Of a DNA stretch of 64,000 bases, positions 23,092 to 35,900 are shown piece after piece. The first letter of the stretch is position 1; each line of letters starts with the position of its first letter. A program made the translations under genes and the position numbers. The notes under the pieces were generated by a model, which made no database searches, was not told where the DNA came from, and saw only the letters and a program-made list of their open reading frames with translations. This DNA comes from Octopus sinensis (lineage: Eukaryota): positions 48,670,001 to 48,734,000 of the forward strand of contig NC_043014.1 in the NCBI RefSeq assembly GCF_006345805.1. Reading direction: 5' to 3'.

Positions 23092-23614
23092 ACACACACA
23101 CATGTATTGGCTTCGAATTTTGGCACGAGACCAGCACTTTCAGGGCAGGGTGGGGGTGGAGTCAATTACATAGACCACAGTGTTTAACTGACACTTAGTT
23201 TATCAATTCCCGAAAAGATGACAGGCAAAGTCAACCTTAGTCAACCTTGGCGGAATTTGATCTCAGAACATACAGCCGGATGAAATGCCGCTAAGCATTT
23301 TGCTCGGCGTGCTAACGATTCTGCTAGCTTAATCTGGCCCTGGTTTTTATCCTGTTGTAATTTCAAGACTCCCCACTCCATCACTACACAAACCTGATGG
23401 AGAAGCCAGTTTTAGTTAGTCACCACCTAAAGAGTTGAACAGGTTGTATTGAAGCATATGAAACCAGCAGCACTTGTGGGGGACTTGACATGTATTTCAT
23501 TTTCGTGTTGACATGGAAGGCAACAGTTAAATGATGGCAGTCATTCTGTGTCTGAGGGGAGGTAACTCTGAAAGAGAATTCATTTTGATTGTGATATGTA
23601 TGTATGTATGTAAT

Positions 23615-23936
23615 AATAATAGTGAAAGTATTGTATACAGTGCTCAGGTGCACCACAACTTGTCAAAAGTGCGTATATAGCATATGCAGTAATGTACAAA
23701 TGTCTGGGAAGTGAACAGTGTATGAGTCAGATACATGCTTGCGTGTGTATGGAGGGGAGAAAATCAGGTGTAGTGTTGGCGAATCTCAGAAAGTATGGAA
23801 GTTTTGAAGGATGCAGTGCTCCGACAACTAACAACTGATGCCGGCAGTTTGTTCCATGCTTCAGCAACTCTCAGCGTGAAAAAATGTTTCCTAAAGTCAT
23901 GGGAGCTGTGCTGTTTTCTGACTTTGTAAACATGTA
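23615..23936 (-). mobile_element. CR1-type LINE 3' end
   Basis: [40 protein letters not shown] followed by a 3'UTR; second copy on the plus strand at about 9445-9660. Confidence 0.8.
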
Positions 23937-24834
23937 TGTATGTGTATGTGTGTGTGTGTCACATACATCATCATCATTTTAATGTTCACTTTTCCATGCT
24001 TGCATGGGTTAGACAGAATTTATTGGGGCAGATTTCCCACAGCCGTATACTATCGGGGTTGCAACCAACATCCCACCACAAGTGAACATGTAACGTCTGC
24101 ACAATCGATCTCAAAACATTAAAATGACATGAAACAAATACGGAAAGACAAGTATAAAAGTTGTCTCCCATCATTCGAACTTACGGGGTGGAGGAACGAA
24201 TCAAAACATTTAAAGTTTTGTTTTTCCTTTATTACGTGGCTTACGTTAATTCAATATACCTCCACCTACACAGCTATCTAATTATTATATGAATGCAGTC
24301 TAAAAATATTTAGATTTATTTAAATGCCACTAAACACACAAATGTAACACCCTGGCTAGCCTGTTTCTGTCACCACGCCAGCATGGAAAACACATTAAAT
24401 GATGAGGAGGAGGACAATGATGATACACACACACACATCTCTTTGTCAATCTATCTATCTATTTATCTATCTACTTATCTGTCTTTCTGTCTGTCAGTAT
24501 GTATGTATGAATCCATTGATGAGTCTCTAGTCAATCCAAGGCTACACTAGAAGACACTTGCCTTGGGTGAAACACACTAACACTGAACCTGGACCCACAT
24601 AATTGGAAATCAACTGTTGACTGGATTCGACAGGCTGGAGGACTGTAGTGTGCTCCATGGTCTACTTTAGCATGGTTACTATGGCTGGATGCCCTTATCT
24701 TCCAGGGTGTACTGGGTGCATTTTTTTTTATGGTACCAGGACTTGTGAAGTTGTAATGTAGTTCATAAGACTAAGATCCCCATGGAGTGAGTGGGGCTAC
24801 AGCTTTATGAAGGTAAATGAAAGGTTAAGGTAGG

Positions 24835-25229
24835 GACCAGAACAGGTTTCTTACAGTAGGGGAGGAGATACATTGCTGTTGATATACAAGACTGAATGAG
24901 ATGGGAGTAACGGTGTGGAATTAGAAAGGAAGATAAAGATGGTGGTGTTATGTCGGGGCAGATCTCTCCCTACCCATATATAACATGGGGTAGCAATGAT
25001 TCTCTTCCTTGACAACCCTCCCCATGAGGACTCGAGACCAGAAGAGGTTTCTTACAGTAGAGGAGATATATTGCTGTTTATATTATACAAGACTGGATGA
25101 GATGGGAGTAATGGTGTGGAACTAGAAAGGAAGATAAAGATGGTGGTGTTATGTCAGGGCAGATCTCTTCCTACCCATATATAACATGGGGTAGCAATGC
25201 TTCTCTTCCTTGACAACCCTCCCCATGAG
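24835..25229. repeat. Tandem duplication, period about 201 bp
   Basis: gaccagaa.. at 24835 and 25036, both ending ccctccccatgag. Confidence 0.9.
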
Positions 25230-25531
25230 AATTGGGATAAAGTAGTGAAGACTGATTTTTAAATTTTGTATCTACTGAGAGTGGTGTTGGGGAAAGCCAA
25301 ATTTTCTGTGCTAGCATGGTGGAAAATATGTTAAAATGGGAATTGCGATGGTGTTTGAGACATATAATAAATATCTACATCTGAGTCTTTTGTCTATTTT
25401 GTTCCTGTTTCATCTCCATTTGCTATCCTCTTGCCTATTGAATACCCTCTCACAGCTTTATTGCTCCTTCTTCAATTCTCTGCATCATTTCACCCATCAC
25501 TTGTCTCCTTTCTCTTTTCAATAAACATATA

Positions 25532-25937
25532 TACTCTCTTTTACTCCTTTTTACTTGTTTCAGTCATTTGACTGCGCCATGCTGGATACTTCCTTTAGTC
25601 GAGAAATCGACCCGGGACTTATTCTTTGTAAGCCCAGTACTTATTCTATCGGTCTCTTTTGCCGAACTGCTAAGTGACGGGGACGTAAACACACCAGCAT
25701 TGGTTGTCAAGCAATGCTAGGGAACAAACACAGACACACAAACATATTCACACACACTTATATATATATACATATATACGACAGGCTTCTTCAGTTTCCG
25801 TCTACCAAATCCACTCACAAGGCATTGGTCAGCCCGGGGCTATAGCAGAAGACACGTGCCAAGATGCCACGCAGTGGGACTGAACCCGCCATGTGGTTGG
25901 TTAGCAAGCTACTTACCAAACAGCCACTCCTGCGCCT
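25532..25937 (-). mobile_element. SINE family A, full length
   Basis: Family A consensus, minus orientation. Confidence 0.9.
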
Positions 25938-25940
25938 ATA

Positions 25941-26156
25941 TATTTCTTTATTGCCCACAAGGGGCTAAACAAGGACAGACAAAGGGATTAAGTCGATTAC
26001 ATCAACCCCAGTGCGTAACTGGTACTTTATTTATCGACCCCGAAAGAATGAAAGGTAAAGTCCACCTAGGTGGAATTTGAACTCAGAACGTAATGACAGA
26101 TGAAATACTGCTAAGCATTTCGCCTGGCGTGATAACGATTCTGCCAGCTCGCCGCC
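25941..26156 (-). mobile_element. SINE family B, full length, abutting SINE A
   Basis: Family B consensus. Confidence 0.85.
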
Positions 26157-27917
26157 TTTTTTCAATAAACATATAACTTCTACAAGTGTTTCCCTTCACT
26201 GTGCCTGAGTAGCAAGGGACTGCATCAGATCTACATTTATCCAATGCATGTCTCCATTTACCATCTTCTGCTGCCTGTCATCACTCCCTCTCCTTCAAAC
26301 CACTCTGTTGAAACCCATCACTGTTATGCCATTGCCATTTTGATATCCTACATTTCTATTCTTTCTCTCATTAGTTAACTGTGCATAGGTTTGTCTCAGA
26401 TCATATTGTTACTCTCAGACACCTTTAGTAAAAACTGGTCATTTCAGTAAACACCACCAAATGATGGCATCTTTTTGGCAGAATTCCACTGGTCAATGCA
26501 AATGTTCTGTTGACCTCCGTGGAATGAGCGGTCACTCTCACGAAATAGACATGCCTTTCCTCGCTGCTGTCTCTGCTTGAACTGCCAACACATGCTTCCT
26601 GACCACATGTGCTTCCTGCCCACGCATGCCCCTTTCACTCTTCCACCGGCCCCTGCAGTCTCACTTCCCTTTTGCCTCATCTACCATCCTCTCCACCAAC
26701 ACCACATAGCTCATCACAGTCCATAACACCGCTAACACCACATTAACATTACTCAACTCCTGTACTCTAAGCTTCCACTACCTTTCCTTCAGGGTATTTA
26801 TTACTGACATCCATTACACTCTTACCACTGACCATTATGCAAATATGTTAATTCCATTACTATTTCTCTCATTACATGCTGTCATTACTATCTCTTTTCA
26901 TGACTCCTCCCACATCCTCCTTTAGTCTCTCCTCTTTTCCCTATTCTTTCACACTGTCAGCCAATCACTCTGCTTCCCATGTTACTCGTCTTTTCCCTTT
27001 TCACCCTGGTTTACCTTCTGCAATCACCACCTCTTTTTCTCATGCTGCCCTGATTGAACCAACTCAATATACAGTGGTGAGAACTTCCTTACATCTTGCT
27101 GGGTACAAGGCAACATCACTAGTGCTGGTGCCACTATAAAATGCACCCACCACATTCTGTAAAGTGGTTGGTGTTAGGAACTACATCCAACCATAAAAAC
27201 TATGCAAATATAACACTTTTGAGCATACTTTAGCTGGCAGTAACTCTGAACAGATCTGACTTGCACCATGATGACTTATTGAATCCATACCTGCATGGAA
27301 AGTGGATGCCAAATATTGATGATGATGACGATGAGCAGTATGCTGTTCTAATAAGAGAATGCACTCCTCCACCAACACCTCCCCTACTTCATACCCTCAA
27401 ATGATTTGTGAGGTGAGCAAGCAGAGATAAGGTAAGGTTGAGAGATCCTTTTCATCCTGTTTCACCGAGGGCTTATGAGCCCTCTAATGTTACTATCATG
27501 ATAAATATAGTCAGTTACATATATACTCTGTAAAGTGACTGGTGAGAGGAAGGGTAAGTAGCCATCAAAACTCTGCCAGAATGACAGCTGCTGCTCTATG
27601 AGAATAGTAATGGCCCCCAATTAGATACAACTTGGAGAGTGATGCCCTGTCCAACCCATGCCAGCATGGAAAGTGGAAGTAAAATCACGATGATAATGAG
27701 GATATGCTTACACACACACACACATTGGTATTGGCAGATTTGTTATAGTCATAGGCTTGGTAACAGGGGGTGCATGTGCATCCCCTAAAATTTTTTGACA
27801 GGTAATGAAAATGCTTTGAACATCCCCCTGAAAAATTTCTCCACAATGAATGTCAAACTATATTTGGGCTGATCTCAAGCATCACTTTTCCATTATTAAT
27901 GTTATCTGATTTGGCGA

Positions 27918-28129
27918 ACTGGCAGAATCATTAGCATGCCGGGCAAAATCCTTGGCGGTATTTCGTCTGTGTTTACGTTCTGAGTTCAAATTCCGCCGAG
28001 GTCGACTTTACCTTTCACCCTTTCAGGGTCGATAAAATAAGTACCAGTTACGCACTGGGGTTGATGCAATCGACCTAATCCCTTTGTTTGTCCCCTCTGT
28101 GTTTAGCCCCTTGAGTGCAATAAAGAAAT
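27918..28129 (+). mobile_element. SINE family B
   Basis: Family B consensus, plus orientation. Confidence 0.85.
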
Positions 28130-28922
28130 AAATGTTATCTGATTTGCTTAATGCTCAAATATTATAATATTTACTATTATTATACCTGCGTCTGTTTTGA
28201 TATTGAGATTGAAGAAGTCAATCCTGTTTGTAAAATATTTTAGACCTGGGGTTGCAGCCCCTAAGCAAATTTAGTTCCCACACTTATGGTTAGGGAGTAG
28301 GACCAAATGCCTCAGTGTATTTGTTTCACACTCTCAGTTCATATCCCACCTTGGTCAGCTTTGCCTTTTATCGTTTTGTGGGGTCATTAAAATAAAGGGC
28401 AATAGATTGGCAGATCTACTAGGATGTAAGACTAGATGCCTTGTGGTATTTGAGTACCTCTAGAAGAATTCATTTTGTTGCAAAAATCTAGCCTGGGGCC
28501 TCTGGTTTGAGGATAACTTTCTCCCTCCCTCCCAGCAGGAAAAAAACCCCAAAAGGATCATGTTTGATATTTCAAAGTCAAAGATATTTATTCAGTGTTA
28601 GTAATGGTATTTTCCTTCAAACCACAACCTGGCTTCTCAGAGTAGGAGACATTGAATAATGTAGTCCTAGATACACTGTGGTGGGGGAAAGGAGAGGATG
28701 GTCACAGTGTGAAGACCTTTGATCTTTAGTCTCTTCGATCAGGGCTCAGTTGACCTGCTACAAAACAACTCACAGGGGTGGGGACTAAAAATAGGGCGGT
28801 AGACCTGTCCAACCCAAGCTAACTTCGAAGGAACCAACATTAAAACTTTGACGGTGTTACACATGTGTATCTTCTTTGACCGTTTCTTTGTCGAGTTTTC
28901 ATCCGTCGACAAATATTTAAGT

Positions 28923-29305
28923 CATGGCTGTGTGGTAAGTAGCTTGTTTACCAACCACATGGTTCCGGGTTCAGTCCCACTGCGTGGCACCATGGGCAAG
29001 TGTCTTCTACTATAGCCTCGGGCCGACCAAAGCCTTGTGAGTGGATTTGGTAGACGGAAACTGAAAGAAGCCCGTCGTATATATGTATATATATGTGTGT
29101 GTATGTGTTTGTCCCCCTAGCAGTGCTTGACAACCGATGCTGGTGTGTTTATGTCCCTGTTACTTAGCGGTTCGGCAAAAGTGACCGATAGAATAAGTAC
29201 TGGGCTTACAAAAGAATAAGTCCCGGGGTCGAGTTGCTCGATTGAAGGCGGTGCTCCAGCATGGCCGCAGTCAAATGACTGAAGCAAGTAAGAGAGTAAA
29301 GAGAA
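28923..29305 (+). mobile_element. SINE family A immediately upstream of the DGAT1 promoter
   Basis: Family A consensus lacking the first few nt. Confidence 0.88.
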
Positions 29306-29399
29306 TGTCTCGTCTTTTGTGGTTTATTAAATACACACACACAAACATTTGTGTGTATTTAATACGTTGCACCTTGGATATGTTTTAAAAGATAACAGT

Positions 29400-29694
29400 T
29401 AAGGAAGGTTGCAGGAGCATTTCACGAAGGACACGTGATTCTCGCATTGCGACTGAGAGGGTGAATGAGTGAGGCCAAAAATTAATTTGTTATTGTTAGT
29501 GTGGCTTCTACTTTCGTAACTACCACTAAATCTACTGCTGCTATTTCTTTCGCTACCACGACCACCACCACTAAGTAGTCATTCACCGCTGCTGCTTCCA
29601 TTAAATAACAATTCACTGTTACCGCTACCATCACGGCCTCTACTGATCTACACCGTTCACTGCTGCTGTCAGTGTTCTTGTTGTCGTCACAGAC
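29400..29694 (+). promoter_or_regulatory. Probable DGAT1 promoter / 5'UTR
   Basis: CpG-richer unique sequence upstream of ATG 29695; E-box CACGTG at 29432-29437. TSS not determinable from sequence. Confidence 0.4.
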
Positions 29695-29918
29695 ATGGTG
29701 CCTAGCCCAATGACGCGTGTGAGTTCTAGCAAGAACTCCACGCCTGATAACCCACCAGCTAACCAATTATCTAATGATGAAGGTGAAGAGCAAGTGGCAT
29801 CCGACGACTATTCGCCCGCGTTGCGTCGACGGAACATGAGGAGGACGGTGAGCATGGCGAATTATGAAGAAATAACTGGCGAAGAGAAGAGGGAGCGACT
29901 GAAACAACCTGACAAACC
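29695..29918 (+). CDS. DGAT1: DGAT1 coding exon 1 (disordered N-terminus)
   Basis: [11 protein letters not shown]...[32 protein letters not shown], donor CC|GTGAGT; phase 2 fits exon 2. Confidence 0.88.
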
Positions 29919-32900
29919 GTGAGTGTTTGTTTACATTTCATCTATATTTCTGTAAAATCTTATAAACAACAATGTGGGCTGACTGGGTGTATAACGTATC
30001 TCGACGGAGGTAAAGAATACGCACACCACCTGTTTTCGACGTAACCCTAAACGTGGCCCTAAACACCGAAAACGGGTGGTTTACGTATTCTTTACCTTGG
30101 CCCGTATCTTTTCACCTGTAAGAAGCATAGTTTTTTTAGGTTTCAATGAATCTGTCTGGAGTATTTAATTAGTTCGAAGCCGATAATGGTTTTTTCTTTC
30201 TTCTTTTCTGCCTTAATAAGTAATCACTGGAGCAGAAAGGTGTCAACACTCATTTAAAGGTGTGTAAAGAAAAGTGATGACATGTCACTATCTTTCTACA
30301 CACATCTTTGTTCTTTTTCTTTTAACCCATTCGTAACCATATGAATTTCAATTAGTTTGAAAACCATTCAAGTATTTAGAAGGTTGTAGTATAATAATAA
30401 TAATTATTATTATTAAATTGATACCTGTAAAATGACTTAAACAAAACTTTCTTGGTGCTAGAAGGTTTTAAATTAAATATAAACTCATTAGAAACGTATT
30501 TTGTATGGAAGACTAACGTGTTGGGCAAGGTTTGTATGAAAAGCTGAGTTGGGTGTTTTGATGAGAGATATATCTGTACTTGCTTCTTACCAATATATTT
30601 ATTTTCTAGTCCTCGGGATATTTGTTTATGTTTTTTCTCAACTAAGTGTAAATACAAGCAACGATTTGATGTCGCTATTAATTTGTTATTATATAAATAT
30701 ATTATCTTAATTCTGTATATTATTCTTGGCGACCACAAAAGTTGACATCGCCTTGGAACGGGTTGAAAGTTCTTTCTATCAAATGTTTATTTAGAAAACG
30801 GAAATTATTTCAATGTCACACCGAGTCTTTCCCTTTGGTGGGAACTTTCTTAGAACCAGGGACGAACTCTAAGTGCATACAAACCCGAGGGGGTGCAGCT
30901 GTATCGAGAAAATTATTTCACATCTTAGTAACATGTATCAAATTACTATTTTGGTGTTGAATCTTAAACGGTTTTTTTTTTCATATGTTTTTTGAGAACT
31001 TCGGTTGTGGGAGGTTACAAATCCTGAATATGGGATCCTAACGTGGTCATTTATCTTGCTAAAAATTGCAGACAAATCTTCGTCTGCCGTTACGTTCTGA
31101 GTTCAAATCCCGCCGAGGTCGACTTTGCCTTTCATCCTTTCAGGGTCGATAAATTAAGTACCAGTTACGCACTGGGGTAGATGTAATCAACGTAATCCGT
31201 TTGTCTGTCCTTGTTTGTCCCCTCTGTGTTTAGCCCCTTGTGGGCAATAAAGAAACAGATATTTGTGAGGGGTAACAGTTAACTCCATAAAACCCCTCAT
31301 TCATTTATTTCATAAAAACGAGGTAATACGATAATGCTAGGAAAAACAAAGTTAAAACTAATGAAATATCCTTGTATGATTTATCAAATCCAGTTTAATT
31401 TTTCTAATATTGTATTCGATTAGGTAACTATATACCTCGTACTTGCTCCAGCCGTAAACTAAAAGAACATAAAAAAAAGAATATACAAATCGAAACCAGC
31501 CAAAGAATATAGAACGAAAAATGGAACAATATTTATTCAAGAAACCATCAATAATGATATTTCAACAATTCAAATTGGCCAGCATATACTTAATGGTTTT
31601 GAACTATGAAATATTTAAAGATAGTTGAGTTTGATCCAGTATAGTACCGACTCCAAGATTATTCTTTAAATAGGTGACCAATGAAAAAATCTTGCAGGAA
31701 TTTATATTGGTTCTTTATAGATTTTTAATTTTGCATATTCCCAATTCTTTTGAGTTTACAGCGGTTATGTGAAGGATCGCCGCAATGTCTTGTCTATATT
31801 CGGCCAAGAAAGATCTTTATTTAAAGACCCAAAGAAAGTTTAAAATATTGCTATTCCAGGAATATTGTCTTTGGCGATGCAGTACAGTTATAAATCTTCT
31901 AATTTAATCTTCTATTATAATTCCAGTCACACCTAGAATTATATGAATATTAAATCTACCTGAGTTCTTAACAGGTATATGGTTATGAAACCACAATTGT
32001 TTTGTAACCATGTACCTGACTGCATGAAAGGGTGAGAACCAAAGTTGACTTCGATGTGCTTTGGACTAAAAATATAAATAGATAAAACTGGTTTCTGACT
32101 TACACCCAGGGCTTTTGTTGGAGATGATGTGTGTGTAAAGGGAGGGAGTTAGCGACTATATCTGTCCGCGGAAGGATGAAACGTAGTCGACCACGGCGGG
32201 AATCGAACTTGTGACCGCAAAGGACATTTATAAATTTCACAATGCGTTTTAATCCGTTGTTCTACCGATTCTGCTTTTCCCTAACCTGTATTTTAAAAGC
32301 TATAAAATGTAAATAATAATGATGATAATCGTTTCGGCTCTAGGAATTTTGAGGGAAGGAGCTAGTCGATAATACCGGCTGATACTTATCTTATCGACCG
32401 CGGAAGGATGGATAGCAAAATCGACTTTGCCGGCATTTGAACCTGGATGGTAAAAAGCCGCGACAGATACCATAAATCATTTTGTCTGAGGCTGTAAATG
32501 GTTCTGTCTAATTTTTTTTAATGTAACCTCGAGGTGGTAACAATTTGTAAACACGTCGAAATATTTAGCCATTTGTTTGTCTCAAGGTTCAGCCATCCCA
32601 TTTAATGAACGACACCTGTCTTTATTTTATCAACATCTTTATAGATTGTTCTCCTCTGTTTACTTTTCATAAAGGAATGTGTATATGCAGGTGGTGTGTA
32701 TGTGTTCATATGCATGCATGTTTGTGTGCGCGTATGCATGCGTGTTGATGTGTATGCGTGTATACTTGCGTGTTATGTGTGTATGTGTGTGTGTTCGCGT
32801 ATGCCTGCGTGGTGATACGTGTGTGTGCGCTCGTATGCATGCGTGTTGCTGTGTGTGCGCGCGTATGCATGCGTGTTAATGTGTGTGTGTGCGTATGCAT

Positions 32901-35900
32901 GTATGTGTGTGCGTGCATGTATATGTGTGCATGCATGTTGTGTGTGAGTGCATGTATGTGTGTGCGTATGCATGCGTGTTAATGTGTGTGTGTGCGTATG
33001 CATGCGTGTTAATGTGTGTGTGTGTGCGTATGCATGCGTGTTAATGTGTGTGTTCGCGTATGCATGCGTGTTGATACGTGTGTGTGTGCGCGCGTATGCA
33101 TGCGTGTTAATGTGTGTGTGCGTATGCATGCTTGTTGATGCGCGTGCGTATGCATGCGTGTTAATGTGTGCGCGTGCGTGCGTATGCATGCGTGTTGATA
33201 CGTGTGTGTGTGCACGCGTATGCATACGTGTTGATGTGTGTATGCATACGTATGCATGCTTGATGTGTCTGTCCGTATCCATGCGTATTGTGTGTATACG
33301 TATGCATGCATATTGATGTATGTGCATTCGCGCGTGCATACATATTGTGTGTGCGCACTTGCATGCATGTATGTGTGTGCGTGCATGTATATGTGTGCAT
33401 GCATGTTGTGTGTGAGTGCATGTATGTGTGCATGTGCATGTATGTGTGTGCGTATGCATGTATGTGTGTGAGTGTGCACGCATACTGTGTGTGACTGTGC
33501 GTGTGCATGCGTGCTGGTGTGTGTGTGCCTGAGCATGCGAGTTGATGCGTATCTGAGTTAATGTATAAATAGATATATGTTGATATGTCTGTCATACACT
33601 GCTGCCGTCTCTATCAGCTGAGGACTTTGAACCTTGTCCAAATGTCCAACTCACTTTTCTTAAAAGTTAATCTTTCTCCTCCAACGACGCACCCCTCCTC
33701 GCCTATCTCTCTCCGGCTTCACTTTATCAGTTTTTCTAAACAAATCACTGACAACCAAGGGGGAAACTTCCACTCTACCTGTTTACTTAGCCTACAACAA
33801 ATTGATCTGATCAAGCTGACCTAGAATCAAAGGTGTTCCAGTCATGACTACCCCCGTCTTTCATCCAGACATTGTGTATCTTCGAAGAAGAATGTCACTA
33901 ATGGGACAAAACCTGAGGGGTTGTCCGGCGGCCGATGAGGTCTTAAAGAGCAACGGGACTCCCTAAAATCACATGGTGATGGACCATTGACAAGCAGAGA
34001 AGAGTGGAAAAGCTGGAATGAGACCAGAACAGTGACAGAAAACAAGGGCCGGTTGGCGAGATCGTGTTGCGGCCTTATGTACCTCGTAACACAGAAAGAA
34101 CTAATATATAGGACTACGCGCCCTCCTTGAGTCATTACACCAGTCATCGTTTAACTACTGATAATCTCTGATTGAATGAATAGCTCTATATTTGAAGCTA
34201 TTCGAGCAATGACCATCTTCTCAATAGTTTTCTTTCTTTTTTTATTTTCTTTTGCAGACAGTATATCTAGGACAACATTATCTAAGTTGTGCTCTCTTTA
34301 ATATTGTGGTTGAGGGTGGGTGGTGGCTGCTATTTCTAGCAGGTTTAGCAACAACGTAGAGTGGGTTTTTCCCCCCTTAAATTTATTTTTATTTCGGCAT
34401 GAAACGCATTAAGGGTTTTGGAAAAATTGCAGAATTCATACTTATAACTTACAAACTGACCCCCCAGCACACTAATTTAAATAAATCAAAATTGTTTTGG
34501 AGCGAAAATTTATTTATTCACACACATACACTCCATAATCAATTGTCCGACTAACGATATGATTAAATATTTTATTTTCACTCTCACTCAGACTTTGACT
34601 ACTTTATTTTTAATGGTCAGGCATAGCTTCTTTTTTGAACTTGTCATCCCTAGGAATATATACGTGTGTGCGCGACCGTGTGTATATATATAACTCCAAG
34701 AAAGTTAGGGTTTGTGAATCCAACCCACTAAGGGATATCTATCCAACATACTGCTGGTAGAATACCCAATTATTAATACACAAGTGTTTTTTTTTTTATT
34801 GCATTGCAATTATATTACCTAGTGTACTAAATGGGTGAAGGTGAAGAGATATTTTACCATTAATTTATATAGCAATAAGAAAATGGAGGAGATCAATAGG
34901 TGGTTCATCAACTTTTAGACATTATATTATGTTAACTTATTTATTTATTTACTAAACTGATAATTACAATAATATACATACATATAACATATTATTCTTT
35001 ACATATAAGATATAAGATATAGTAATATATAAGGATACCAGTAATTATTATAAAAAACATGAATATAAATTGGGAAATATATATATATATATATATATAT
35101 CATATTTTGAAAATATGATAGATTTTGTATCATGAAATTTTTATTAAATGTTACTAAAATATTTTACAGAATAGCAGAGTATTGTAGTTCGCTTGAAGCA
35201 TTGTGGATTGTTTGTAAAAAAATAATGTCTTGATTGGCATAACAATAATAACTGTTATAATTTGTTTTTTGTGCAACCACTTTCGAAAAACGTTGACGTG
35301 TTTCAAAACCACTCCTTCGACACACGCAACACACTGTATCTGCCTGTGGTTTGATCTCACTCCACTCCTCATTTCTAAAATATTTTCTCTTTGAATTTCC
35401 TAATATCTTTCGCTTCCTTCATATTCCAACGTATTTGTTAACTACAATTGTTGGCTGACACCTCTCGCTTACAATATCTGATATTCCCCCCCCCCACTCT
35501 CAGAGCCATTTTTAAGACCCCTTTTCTATCAAACTGAGCATTTAAAAAAATATTAGGTAGTCATGTGGGAAAGGTAGTGTCCTTGATCCCTCTGCAGTGT
35601 CCTAGATAGATAGATAGAGAATGTTATCCTCAACCAGGCATGAGAAACCTTTTCCAAGAAGCAAGTCACTTGAGACTTGGCTAACCATCAGATGGACTAC
35701 ATTACTAAAAGAACTTCAGGGTACCATATTTTCCTGCTTACAAGTCGAATTTTTCAGACCAAAATTTACAGCCATCAACTTATACAACCAAGCATCGGAG
35801 ACCCAAAATTTCCATGCGGAAGCTACAGAATTTAGAAAGATAGTGACGATGTTTGAATGTTTATACGTGTTTACACTATATGCTACAGCGACCTGTAGGC

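Noticed and set aside
29327-29362. Short hairpin taaatacacac..gtgtgtattta upstream of DGAT1
   Set aside because: Mostly CA/TG microsatellite self-complementarity; too weak to interpret
30376-30960. 120-aa and 72-aa ORFs in DGAT1 intron 1, and tggcgacc as an LTR primer-binding site at about 30727
   Set aside because: Low-complexity AT-rich translations with no domain; no LTR pair, TG..CA ends or gag/pol nearby
32679-33595. Long His/Thr-, Cys/Val- and Met-rich ORFs in many frames (also 17162-17561, 18683-19433, 40567-41192, 42173-43047)
   Set aside because: Translations of (CA/TG/TA/CT) micro- and minisatellites, which lack stop codons; no splice or domain support
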